From a virus (taxonomy: Duplodnaviria; Caudoviricetes): a DNA stretch of 61,107 bases. Made by a program: the position numbers and the translations under genes. Location of the stretch: the IMG/VR virus record IMGVR_UViG_3300043429_000621, positions 1 to 61,107 of that record; one strand, given 5' to 3'. A model generated the notes under the pieces. That model ran no database searches and was not told the origin of the DNA. It worked only from the letters and a program-made list of their open reading frames with translations. Of this stretch, positions 9,253 through 17,903 are shown piece after piece; position 1 is the first letter of the stretch, and the number at the start of each line of letters is the position of its first letter.

Positions 9253-9711
9253 TCACGCCAGCTGGGCATAGACGAGCGTCACGCGGACGTAACCGGCGGA
9301 GGTCGCGCCGGTCGGCGTCACGGTGACCACCACGGGGGCGGTCGTCGGGGCGGCGACGCCCAGCACGGTGACGTTCGACATCGCTGCCAGCTGGGCGGCG
9401 GTGAAGGTCGGGGTGATCCGGCCCGTGGCGGTCTTGACGTCCACGCCGGAGGCATACTGGGTGCCGCCAGCCGTGGTGCCAGCCGACAGCACGGCGGAGG
9501 TCGCCGAGTTGAAGGCGGTCAGGACATCCACAAGGATGTTGACGATCTTTGCCCCTGCGGGGATGTAGAGCGTCGAGGACACCGCGTTGGTGGAGTTCTG
9601 GGTGATGGAGGTTTCCTGCATCAGCGTGACGACGCCGATGTTCGGCCCGCCCGTCTCGCCGGAGGTCTTGTTGCCCGCGCGCACGGGGCCGCTGAAAGTG
9701 GTCGTACCCAT
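9253..9711 (-). CDS. Capsid decoration / minor virion protein
   Basis: MGTTTFSGPVR start; IPAGAKIVNI.VDV..AFN; downstream of the capsid gene; GAGGAG RBS. Confidence 0.65.
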   Translation of the reverse strand: MGTTTFSGPVRAGNKTSGETGGPNIGVVTLMQETSITQNSTNAVSSTLYIPAGAKIVNILVDVLTAFNSATSAVLSAGTTAGGTQYASGVDVKTATGRITPTFTAAQLAAMSNVTVLGVAAPTTAPVVVTVTPTGATSAGYVRVTLVYAQLA

Positions 9712-9717
9712 TGGGTA

Positions 9718-9777
9718 TCTCCTCTGCACTATGTTGCGCCCTGTCTGTGCAGCGTCCGCTGTACGCGGTCAGGGCAG
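9718..9777 (-). ncRNA. Structured RNA downstream of the capsid gene (candidate Mu-gpT-DE-like motif with pseudoknot)
   Basis: GCCCUG/CAGGGC outer stem, CCGC/GCGG inner hairpin, and CUGCAC able to pair with GUGCAG next to the RBS; genomic position matches that motif's described context. Confidence 0.5.
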
Positions 9778-9780
9778 ATG

Positions 9781-9804
9781 AAGAGGAGGCCCGAAGGCCT
9801 CCCC
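9781..9804 (-). terminator. Intrinsic terminator-like hairpin after the capsid gene
   Basis: GGAGGCC-UUCG-GGCCUCC followed by UCUU. Confidence 0.7.
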
Positions 9805-9813
9805 CGTTGTCGC

Positions 9814-10725
9814 TTACGAGGGGAACGAACCCCAGATGGCCCGCCAGTTGTAGTAGGCGAACGAGTAGCGCTCGTAGCCCTTGACCAGCAGGTTATCTGT
9901 CACGAAGTCGACCTGCATGTCCGTTTCGAACTTGACGCGCTCCATGTAGGAGAGGCCGTCGATGTTCGTCAGCAGGAACCAGTTCGCCGCCGAGGTCAGG
10001 AAGTCGTTGACCATGTAGCCTTCCGGCAGGCCACCAGCGGTGGACATGATCGCGTTGACGTCGTTGTCGGCGGTGCCGGGCCGCAGTTCCGTCTTCGTCA
10101 GGCGGATGGCCACGGGTTCCAGCTGCGGCGGGACGATCAGCTTCCGGCCACGGGCGAAGACCTTCAGGCCTGCCTGATCGCGGAAGTTGGTCCGGATCGA
10201 GATCATCCCGTTCAGCAGGGTGGCCTCGTTCAGTTCGGCATCCGTCGTCGGACGGTTCGCCACGGTCCCGCCGTCGATGGGGTGGGCGGTGGAGCAGAGC
10301 GCCACGCCGTCGCCGCCGATGGACGAGTTGTAGGTCGTCGCCGTGTTCAGGATGTTGGCCGCGTAGATTTCCTTGGTCTGCTGGAAGCTTTCAATCAGAC
10401 CGAGGTTCGACGGGGCGAACTGGGTTTTGTAGAGGTTGTCGTCGATGGCCTTGCGCGTGATCGCGTAGCCGAGGCCGATCTCGACATGCTCTTGGTTGTA
10501 GACGTAGCGTTCGCCCGCGTTGTTATCGAACGCGGTCTGGCCGCCTTCGGTTTTCAGCTGGGCGAAGCCGAGGAAACGCATCTCAGCGGTGCGTTCCAGA
10601 GCCATCTTCGACGTATGTTTCGTGAAGATTTTGTCGTACTGAGACGGGATCATCTCGTACTTGCCTTCAACACCACGGAGGCCGGGGAGCAGAAGGTCTT
10701 TGATGGCACTAAGATTGACAGCCAT
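9814..10725 (-). CDS. Major capsid protein (Mu gpT-like family)
   Basis: LLLPGL..., K.EG, GYAITRKAIDDNLY, GGDGVAL.S.AHP, LIVPPQL, ERYSF...WRAIWGS; strongly biased codons. Confidence 0.9.
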   Translation of the reverse strand: MAVNLSAIKDLLLPGLRGVEGKYEMIPSQYDKIFTKHTSKMALERTAEMRFLGFAQLKTEGGQTAFDNNAGERYVYNQEHVEIGLGYAITRKAIDDNLYKTQFAPSNLGLIESFQQTKEIYAANILNTATTYNSSIGGDGVALCSTAHPIDGGTVANRPTTDAELNEATLLNGMISIRTNFRDQAGLKVFARGRKLIVPPQLEPVAIRLTKTELRPGTADNDVNAIMSTAGGLPEGYMVNDFLTSAANWFLLTNIDGLSYMERVKFETDMQVDFVTDNLLVKGYERYSFAYYNWRAIWGSFPS

Positions 10726-10737
10726 TTCCTATGCTCC

Positions 10738-11319
10738 TCAGATACCGGTCAGCTGCTTGGTGCTGACGTTGTTGAAGGCGACGATGACGAGGTTATAGGC
10801 CCCAGCGTCCGTGCCGTTCGTCCCAGGCGGGTCGACGTCCAGTCCCACGATGCGGAAGGGCAGCGTGTTCGTGGTGTTGACGGTGGACATGTCCACGGAT
10901 GCGCCGGAGATGCCCGAAGCCGCATTGCCCGTGCCGATGGCGAAGTTGACGTTCGCGTTGATGTCGGCAGCGGTTGCGCCGGTCGCGCCGGTCTGGGCTA
11001 CGAACTTGGCGTTCGGGTCGTTGATGATGTAACCCTCGACGATGTTCGTCGAAGCCACATCCGAGCCCGGCCAGTAGTTCGACCAGACGGTGCGCTTCTG
11101 CGAGACCGACAGGTACTTGCAGCCTTGGAAGATGCCCGCGATCTGGGTCGTGCCTGGCGAACCGACAACGACATAGCCGTTGGCATCGGGCTGGACGGGG
11201 TCGCCATAGTAGATGGCGGAGGCATTGTACGCGATCCGGACCGGAACCTGTTCATAGGTCGGGGCCGAGCCGGTGCCGCTGTACTGCCGGAAACCGAAAG
11301 GCGCGTTGCTGTTGGGCAT
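10738..11319 (-). CDS. Capsid cement/decoration protein
   Basis: MPNSNAPFGFR start; IYYGDPV; AGIFQGC; immediately upstream of the capsid gene. Confidence 0.65.
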   Translation of the reverse strand: MPNSNAPFGFRQYSGTGSAPTYEQVPVRIAYNASAIYYGDPVQPDANGYVVVGSPGTTQIAGIFQGCKYLSVSQKRTVWSNYWPGSDVASTNIVEGYIINDPNAKFVAQTGATGATAADINANVNFAIGTGNAASGISGASVDMSTVNTTNTLPFRIVGLDVDPPGTNGTDAGAYNLVIVAFNNVSTKQLTGI

Positions 11320-11413
11320 AGCGCGGTTCTCCTTTGCAGGAGGTCCATCATCGCGCGCCGAGGCGATTGTAGAACCGAGGGATGGTGATCGCCCACCGAG
11401 GGCGAATGCCGAT

Positions 11414-11442
11414 ATAGTGGCAGATCACATCCTCGATGTCAA
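11414..11442 (-). promoter_or_regulatory. Sigma70-like promoter for the capsid genes
   Basis: TTGACA-17 nt-CACTAT in the intergenic gap. Confidence 0.5.
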
Positions 11443-11465
11443 AGGGTGGTGTTTGGGGGCAGGGA

Positions 11466-11702
11466 CTACGGTCCCAGCCCCTCAAACTTCGGGCAGGCAA
11501 TGGCCTTGCGGCCCATGAAGGGCTTGCCGATCCTGCCGGTGTGCAGCCTCACCAGAAGGCAGACGTCCGGCTTGAACTCTTTCGGGCTGGGATGCTTGGC
11601 AAGATGCTTGCAGGCCTCGCAGGTTTTGCCCAGTTCAGGCTCCGCCCATGTCACCTGACCTGACACGGTCTTGGCCATCCGCTCTTTCAGTTCGGTCGCC
11701 AT
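11466..11702 (-). CDS. Small Cys-rich hypothetical protein
   Basis: CEACKH...C...C; GGAG upstream. Confidence 0.55.
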   Translation of the reverse strand: MATELKERMAKTVSGQVTWAEPELGKTCEACKHLAKHPSPKEFKPDVCLLVRLHTGRIGKPFMGRKAIACPKFEGLGP

Positions 11703-11841
11703 GATCGCGCTCCGCATTCAGGAAGATCGACACATGCGGCTCCAGCTGATCCCAAGCTTCTTGGACGGCTGGCGTCCCTTCTGCCCTGATCACGCGCCGG
11801 AGCCGCTCGATCTTGTTGATGATCTTGATCGTACGGATCAT
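11635..11841 (-). CDS. Hypothetical protein
   Basis: ATGA-coupled to the upstream gene. Confidence 0.5.
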   Translation of the reverse strand: MIRTIKIINKIERLRRVIRAEGTPAVQEAWDQLEPHVSIFLNAERDHGDRTERADGQDRVRSGDMGGA

Positions 11842-12368
11842 TCTTCGGGGATCGGCATGGCTTCGTAGCCGCGCTTCACCTTGACCAGATCGTTGCCCTT
11901 GTTGGATCGTTCGAACTGGCCAGCGGGTGCCGCCGACAGCTGCTCCTCCTTGGCGCGGACCTGCAGGCGGGCGCGGCGGAGTTCCAGCTGGCGCACCTCT
12001 TCGGTGATCTCCAACGGGCGCTCCATCAGCACCATGCCCTTGCGGGTGATCTCGTTGCCCTTGTGACCGGCGGGCATCATCTGCGGGTGCCGCGACGCAG
12101 GCACCGGCTCCCAGCCGTCACGGGCCAGCTTGACCTGATGGGCAGGGTCTTCCGCGCCAAGGACCGTCTTGGTCTTCCACTCGTAGGTCCAGCCGTCGGG
12201 GATAATGCCGGGCTCAACGAAGAACTCGTCGGTGCCGTCATCCATGTCACCCTGCCGGTGGGCGCGCAGTTCGGCAGCCTTGCGGGCGGCCCGCTCACGC
12301 GGGCTTTCCTCGGTGACAGGGGTTTCAGGACGCATGTTCGGGCGCACCTTCTTGAAATCATCGGTCAT
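11838..12368 (-). CDS. Conserved head-module protein
   Basis: IPDGWTYEWK, GWEPVPA.RHP and GMVLMERP motifs; between scaffold and capsid genes. Confidence 0.65.
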   Translation of the reverse strand: MTDDFKKVRPNMRPETPVTEESPRERAARKAAELRAHRQGDMDDGTDEFFVEPGIIPDGWTYEWKTKTVLGAEDPAHQVKLARDGWEPVPASRHPQMMPAGHKGNEITRKGMVLMERPLEITEEVRQLELRRARLQVRAKEEQLSAAPAGQFERSNKGNDLVKVKRGYEAMPIPEE

Positions 12369-13228
12369 TGCAATTTCCCTTCCTTCTGGAGCGCCAGCTT
12401 GTTCTTGGCGTAGTCTTCCGGCTTCATGCCCATCATCTCGGCCATCTCGCGCTCGGCGGCGGTCAGGCGCACCACGTTGCGGGACGACCCGCCACGGCTG
12501 ACGGGGGCGGCGGCGGGGGCGGCGTCGCGGCGGCTGACCACCTTGGCGGCGCTGGACGTTGCCTCTTCCTCGACCACCTTTGCCTGCGGCTTGATCCGCA
12601 GCGTCTCCTCGATGGCCGTGAAATAGGCGTCGGTGTCCGGCACCAGCCCGTCCGCGACCGCCAGTTCATGCGCCGCGATCATCTTGCGGTTCTTGGCAGG
12701 GTCGGTGACGAACTCCGGATGCGACCGCACCCAGTCGGCGGAACGCGGCGTCAGGCGGGCGGCAAAGGCCTCCACGGGGTTGGCGTTCACCGGCTGCGGC
12801 GGCGGGGTCTTGGGCTTGGCCTTCATGGCCTCCAAGCCGTTGCGCAGCTGCAGCAGCTTGGCGGAGTTGTCGGACATCTCCTCCTGAATTTCCGCCGCCC
12901 TGCGGAAGTCGCCGGTCTGCATGGCGTGGGCGTAGTTGGCCTTCAGGATGTCCGTCTCGCGGTCCAGCGTGTCGATGGCGTTGCTGACCAGCTGGATGTC
13001 GGTGTCTTCCTTGTCCAGTCGGGCAGCATGGGCCTGCTGGGCGGCCTCTGCGGCGCGGCGCTCGGCGTCGGCGCGGCGGGCGCGCTCTTCGTCCAGCTGA
13101 CGCTTCAGGTCGGCAATACCGGCCTCCGGCGGCACCACTGGCGCGTCCGTCTGGACGTCCTCCGGCGTCGCCTCGTCCTCGACCTGTATCTCGATGTCCT
13201 TCAGGTCGTCTTCGTTCTCGTCGCTCAT
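12365..13228 (-). CDS. Capsid scaffolding protein
   Basis: Acidic N-terminus, coiled coil, and VRLTAAEREMAEMMGMKPEDYAK C-terminus. Confidence 0.75.
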   Translation of the reverse strand: MSDENEDDLKDIEIQVEDEATPEDVQTDAPVVPPEAGIADLKRQLDEERARRADAERRAAEAAQQAHAARLDKEDTDIQLVSNAIDTLDRETDILKANYAHAMQTGDFRRAAEIQEEMSDNSAKLLQLRNGLEAMKAKPKTPPPQPVNANPVEAFAARLTPRSADWVRSHPEFVTDPAKNRKMIAAHELAVADGLVPDTDAYFTAIEETLRIKPQAKVVEEEATSSAAKVVSRRDAAPAAAPVSRGGSSRNVVRLTAAEREMAEMMGMKPEDYAKNKLALQKEGKLQ

Positions 13229-13239
13229 GGTCTGGCTCC

Positions 13240-13629
13240 TCACCACACGGCGTCAGGGTGCGGCACCCGACCCTTGATGTTGATGTCGTCGAAGATGCGG
13301 CAGAGGACGCCGTTCACGGTGATCGACCAGCCGTCGGACGGGCGGAAGACCAGCCAGTCGTCCTCTTGGAACTCAAGGCCGTGGAACCAGCTGCCGTCCT
13401 GTTCGAATGCCAGAGGGCCTTTTTTCACCAGCAGACCCACCTTGGACTGGAACCGGTCCTCGTCGGTGTGCGCGTCCGTCAGGTAGAGGCCGGACTTGGT
13501 CTTCTGGGGGCGGATGTAAACCGCCAGCAGGACTTGGTTGTGGAACAGTTCGACGCCGGAGAGATCGCCGAGTTCGGCGCGTATCTTGGCGCGGGGGTCT
13601 TCTTCATGAGCCATCATCATATGGGGCAT
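13240..13629 (-). CDS. GroES/Cpn10-like co-chaperonin
   Basis: NQVLL...KTKSGLYL mobile loop, VG.LVKKGP, DWLVF, RIFDD.NI.G.V. Confidence 0.75.
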   Translation of the reverse strand: MPHMMMAHEEDPRAKIRAELGDLSGVELFHNQVLLAVYIRPQKTKSGLYLTDAHTDEDRFQSKVGLLVKKGPLAFEQDGSWFHGLEFQEDDWLVFRPSDGWSITVNGVLCRIFDDINIKGRVPHPDAVW

Positions 13630-13636
13630 GATCATC

Positions 13637-13840
13637 CTATCTTTTGCTCACGTTGGACGCGGCCTCGCCCATCATTTCCCGAACCTCGTCCAGTTCAGCG
13701 AGGCGACCAACGTACTCACGGTATTGATCGAAAGACGTCACCGCAACCCCCGACACGACATTCTCGGTGAGGGTTTTTCGACGCTCGGCAATGAGGGCTG
13801 AGAGTTCCTGCATGAAAGCATGCATCGTACTTTGCATCAT
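13637..13840 (-). CDS. Small helical head-module protein
   Basis: FDQYREYVGRLAEL pattern; precedes the GroES-like gene. Confidence 0.6.
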   Translation of the reverse strand: MMQSTMHAFMQELSALIAERRKTLTENVVSGVAVTSFDQYREYVGRLAELDEVREMMGEAASNVSKR

Positions 13841-13925
13841 GGTCATCCTGATCGTCATTCTAAGAGCGCGGCCCCCGTGGAACTTGGGGGGGGTGGCGGG
13901 GGCCGCGCGGCCTGACAGGGAGGGG

Positions 13926-15179
13926 TCAGGCGTTCTTGCCGTACTTCTCGGCCTTCTCAAGGCGACCTTCGCCCGATCCGGCCCCGTACTTCATCTTCGG
14001 ATAGACCTTGCCGCCGTCCTTGCGCGCCATGGGCATGGGCGGCATCGGGCCGGACGGGCCACCGGCGGGCGGCATCGGTGCGCCAGCGGCTCCAGCCAGT
14101 GCTGCGCCCAAGCCGGGCGGTGCGCCCACGGGGTGCTGCATCGGCGGCGGGGCTGCGGGCATCGGCGGGCGCGGCATCATCGCGGGCGGCATCGGCGCGG
14201 GCATCGGCGCGGGGGCAGGCATGCCGCCCATCTTGCCGAGGCTGCCGTCGTGATGCGGCGAGATGATGATGTTGATGTTGGTCTTGCCCTTGCCGGTGCG
14301 ACCGCCGTCCTTGCGCGCCATCCGGCCATGCACAGCGCCGCCGCAGGCTTTGCAGGTGCAGCCCTTGTCGTGCTTCTTGTCGGCGGCGGACTTCTCCCAC
14401 TCCTTCATGGTCATGCCATGCTTCTTGGCAAGTGCCTTGTCCTCAGCGACGTCCTTTGCTGACCCTTCGACTGCCCCGCCCTTCTTTTTGGCCATCATCT
14501 GAGGAATGATGCCCAGTGGTGCCATCTTCTTTTCCGCCAGTGCGCCGCCGATGTTCTTGGCCTCGCGGCCACCGCTGTCGGGACCGGCGGAGGTGATGGG
14601 CTGGGCGTTCGACCCCGCCGCGCCACCGCGCTGCTTGGCCACCTTGCCGCCCCGCTTGTGGCCGTCGCCGGAGTTTGCCGCGCTGTCCAGCATGGCCTGA
14701 CCCTTCATCTCCTCCGCCGTCGGGCGGGGCATCGGGCGGCGCGGGCTGTCAGGGCTTTCCGTGGTGCGCGCGGCGCTGTCCAGCTTCTCCTGCGCCATCA
14801 GGTCGTCGGGACGCTTCATCGGACGCGGGGATGTCAGCATGCCGCCGCTGGCCTTCTTGGCCACGCCGCCGGTCTTCAGGCCACCGACATGCTTGGTGCC
14901 TTCGCGCTCCTCGTTGGCGTCTTTCTGGTTCGTGTTCGCCAGTCCAACCTTCTCTTGGAACCCGCGCGGGGTGCGGTCGGCGCGGCGCTCCGTGGCCTCG
15001 CCCTCGACCTTGCCGCCGGTCTTGAAGGCGCGGCGCGAGATCGGGCGCATGCCCGTTTTCACATCGGCGTTCAGCTTCTCGGCGGGGGTGAAGTCGGAAC
15101 TATCGACTTTTTCGGACGAGGCACCGGCAAGGCGCTTGGCCTTTGCCTTCATCGCCTCGCGCAGGCTTTTAGCGTCCAT
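13926..15179 (-). CDS. Basic low-complexity internal virion protein with about 10 xxxGGxV-type motifs
   Basis: 417 aa rich in K/G/A/P/M; repeats include FKTGGKV, HKRGGKV, KKKGGAV and RKDGG twice. Confidence 0.7.
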   Translation of the reverse strand: MDAKSLREAMKAKAKRLAGASSEKVDSSDFTPAEKLNADVKTGMRPISRRAFKTGGKVEGEATERRADRTPRGFQEKVGLANTNQKDANEEREGTKHVGGLKTGGVAKKASGGMLTSPRPMKRPDDLMAQEKLDSAARTTESPDSPRRPMPRPTAEEMKGQAMLDSAANSGDGHKRGGKVAKQRGGAAGSNAQPITSAGPDSGGREAKNIGGALAEKKMAPLGIIPQMMAKKKGGAVEGSAKDVAEDKALAKKHGMTMKEWEKSAADKKHDKGCTCKACGGAVHGRMARKDGGRTGKGKTNINIIISPHHDGSLGKMGGMPAPAPMPAPMPPAMMPRPPMPAAPPPMQHPVGAPPGLGAALAGAAGAPMPPAGGPSGPMPPMPMARKDGGKVYPKMKYGAGSGEGRLEKAEKYGKNA

Positions 15180-17892
15180 TGCGATCTCCTTGGGGGTTGG
15201 ATTGGCGGTCAGTATACTGCGAAGTGAGCGCCAATGCACGGTCCATGTGTCCCTGCCCACGGACGGGCTTCTTGGTGTCCACATGCTTCAGCCACTTCTT
15301 GAACTCCGGCATCGACATCCGCACGACGGCCTTCTGGCGTTCCGGCCCCCTGCCGTCCGAGAAGCCGTCGCAGTACGCCTTGCAGGCGGCCTCGCGCGTC
15401 CGGTAGCCCAGCATGACCTTGTGTTCGTCGAACGCGCCGGTCTTCAGGTCGTGCTGGTCGATGATGAAGACATGGTCGCTTTCGTGGTCCGGACCGATGC
15501 AGACATCGACATGATCGCCGTCCGCGCCCTCGGTGCGCTTGATGTAGCCGTAATCGTACGGCAGCTTGACCGACCACTTCTTGCCGTCGGGATCGGTGCC
15601 GGACCGCACCTGCCCCTTGATGCTCTCCAGCGAGATCGGTAGGCCTTGGAAGCTGATGTGGCGCTTCTGGTAGTTGCCCGCCTTCTTCTGTGCCTCCGTG
15701 GGGTTCGGCAGCACCGCGCCGCCATCCATGAAGCCGTAGCGGCTCTGGCGCTCCGCCCCGCGTCCGACGCTCTCGATCCAGCGCTCGTTGATCGGCTGCA
15801 GCTGCTTCTGCTCCTCAAACATCTTGCGCGCCGTGGAGCGGCCCAGCGGGTCGGCGGAGTAGGGGTGGACCACCTCGCCCTTCTTGGTGGGTTTCTGCAG
15901 CAACTGGGCCGCGACGTCCGGCATGACGTACTGGCGCTGCAGCAACGGCACATCGGCGACATACTTGCCAGCCGAGGCGTCGGTGTAGGTGGAGTGCCGG
16001 AAGCTTTTCTCCTCGGCGCGGTGGGCGTCGGGATCGAATTCGACAATGCGATGGCCAAGCATGTTGCTGGGAACATCACGCACATCCGGATCGGTGATCG
16101 CCACGCGGGTCATACCGACATGCGGGAAGCCACGGTCGCGCCAGTAGCTTTTGTCGATCATGTTCACAACACCGGCGCGGTGCTTGCCAGGCAGCTTGCG
16201 GGCGAACTCCGAAGCCTTCTTGGCGTTCAGGATGCCAGGCCAGTTCTCCATCGCTGTCGCGCCGTTCTGCCGTTCGGCGATTGGCATGTGCATGCCTGCG
16301 CGCAACGCGGCGTCGAACTCGGCGGCGTCTTCCTTGCTGATCGCATCCTTGTCGATCTGGGCCATGACGGCGTCGAACATGTTGTGCGAACTGTCAACCG
16401 CCTGCGGCCCCATGGGGGCATAGATGCCATAGACCGGCCCGCGCTTGGCTGCCTCCCTGATCTTCTTGTTGAAGCCGGTGGTGTGGGCAGCGCTGTTGGC
16501 CCAGACTGCCCCCCTGTTCGGCTCCAGCATGTATTTCGGGCCAGCATGCAGGTCCACCGGCCAGTTCAGCTTCTTGCCGTTGATGTGGGTCAGCCTGCCA
16601 AGGTTCGACCGGTCGCCTCCGACGTTGATCAGGGTGCCGCCCTTGATCTTCTGGTAGACTTGCTCCCAGTCCATCGGGTTGCGCGTCAGCGGTTTGACGT
16701 CTGGAATGTCCGTTATGGTCGCCTTGATGTCTTTGGGGGCGATAGGCTGCTTGACGTTGTAGTAGCTGCCGGTTCCAGTCTCGCCCGCCGTCTTGGTCTT
16801 AAGGGTCGATGCGATCCGCAGCGCCTCCTGCACCTTGGATGGGTCTTCCGAAAATGGCGAATGGATGCGTTGGATCGCCTTTTGCACCTCCGGATGCTCA
16901 ATGGCGGCGTTCGGCATGCCGATTTCGGCCAGAATGCGCGCCAGCGGGTGGTCCAGAACCGATCCGCCATCCGCATAGCCGATCCGACCGCCGTCTGCGG
17001 CATGCCGCATGGCATTTATGACGTCGTCGTGGGTGGTTTCCTCGTTTCCGGCCTTGTCCCAGATCGCGTGGTGGGTCAGGTGCTGGCGGAACGGCTCCAG
17101 ATCGGGGTCCATGCGCGGGTTCAGGGCCGCCTGACGCGCCGCAAGCCGGTCCACGGCGGCATAACCGGCCTTGGCCATCGGCTTTTTGGCCTCGGAAGTC
17201 GGTTTTCCGGTCTGCAGGATGACCTGACGGGCGTCCAGTGTCGGCTGGTCGCCGCGACCAAGCATCGAGGCGACGAAACCAGCCTTTGCGGTGCCGATCC
17301 CGCGCAGGTCTTTGGCGAAAGCGCGCCATTCGTCGGGGTGCGACTGCCCTGTCAGAGCGCGCGCGACCATGTCGGACACCTCTTTGTGGCGCGGACCGAG
17401 GTGGGTGACCGCCCACGGCAGCGCATCCGTCTCCGCGTTCAGGCCGAAGGGCTTCATGACCTGCTGGGCGTGGGCCACGGCCTCTTCATCCACCTTGCCG
17501 CGCTCCGCCATGTCGAGGTAGCGCTGCCCCATCTTGGTGTGCAGCCACTCGCCCATCGCGCCTTCGGGGCGGATCATGCCGCCGGTCTGCGGCAGATCGA
17601 GGCCAGCGGCCCTGACCTTGTCCACGTTCTGGGCGCGGCGCTGGATCGAGGCGCGGGTGATGACGTAGGCCTTGATCAGGTCGCGCGGGGTCAGGCCGCC
17701 CTTGGCCGCGCGGCGCGCGGTTTCGTCCATGAAAGCGCCGAACTTCTCGACATGACTGGGGATTTCCGGCAAGCCGCCCAACTGCTCCTGTACCTTGCGA
17801 AGGGGCTGCCAGTCCCAGCCCTCCATCTTCGGGTGTGGGGCGTCTTGGTAGCCCGACACCAGATCGAGCGCGCGTTTGACGGTGTCGGCCAT
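15169..17892 (-). CDS. Polyvalent protein: HhH-GPD glycosylase-like + unknown domain + InPase-like domain
   Basis: LRGIGTAKAGFVASMLGRGDQPTLDARQ; C-terminal PTEAQKKAGNY...YGYIKRTEGADGDHVDV...DQ...FDEHKVMLG. Confidence 0.75.
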   Translation of the reverse strand: MADTVKRALDLVSGYQDAPHPKMEGWDWQPLRKVQEQLGGLPEIPSHVEKFGAFMDETARRAAKGGLTPRDLIKAYVITRASIQRRAQNVDKVRAAGLDLPQTGGMIRPEGAMGEWLHTKMGQRYLDMAERGKVDEEAVAHAQQVMKPFGLNAETDALPWAVTHLGPRHKEVSDMVARALTGQSHPDEWRAFAKDLRGIGTAKAGFVASMLGRGDQPTLDARQVILQTGKPTSEAKKPMAKAGYAAVDRLAARQAALNPRMDPDLEPFRQHLTHHAIWDKAGNEETTHDDVINAMRHAADGGRIGYADGGSVLDHPLARILAEIGMPNAAIEHPEVQKAIQRIHSPFSEDPSKVQEALRIASTLKTKTAGETGTGSYYNVKQPIAPKDIKATITDIPDVKPLTRNPMDWEQVYQKIKGGTLINVGGDRSNLGRLTHINGKKLNWPVDLHAGPKYMLEPNRGAVWANSAAHTTGFNKKIREAAKRGPVYGIYAPMGPQAVDSSHNMFDAVMAQIDKDAISKEDAAEFDAALRAGMHMPIAERQNGATAMENWPGILNAKKASEFARKLPGKHRAGVVNMIDKSYWRDRGFPHVGMTRVAITDPDVRDVPSNMLGHRIVEFDPDAHRAEEKSFRHSTYTDASAGKYVADVPLLQRQYVMPDVAAQLLQKPTKKGEVVHPYSADPLGRSTARKMFEEQKQLQPINERWIESVGRGAERQSRYGFMDGGAVLPNPTEAQKKAGNYQKRHISFQGLPISLESIKGQVRSGTDPDGKKWSVKLPYDYGYIKRTEGADGDHVDVCIGPDHESDHVFIIDQHDLKTGAFDEHKVMLGYRTREAACKAYCDGFSDGRGPERQKAVVRMSMPEFKKWLKHVDTKKPVRGQGHMDRALALTSQYTDRQSNPQGDRNGR

Positions 17893-17903
17893 GCCTGTCT
17901 CCG

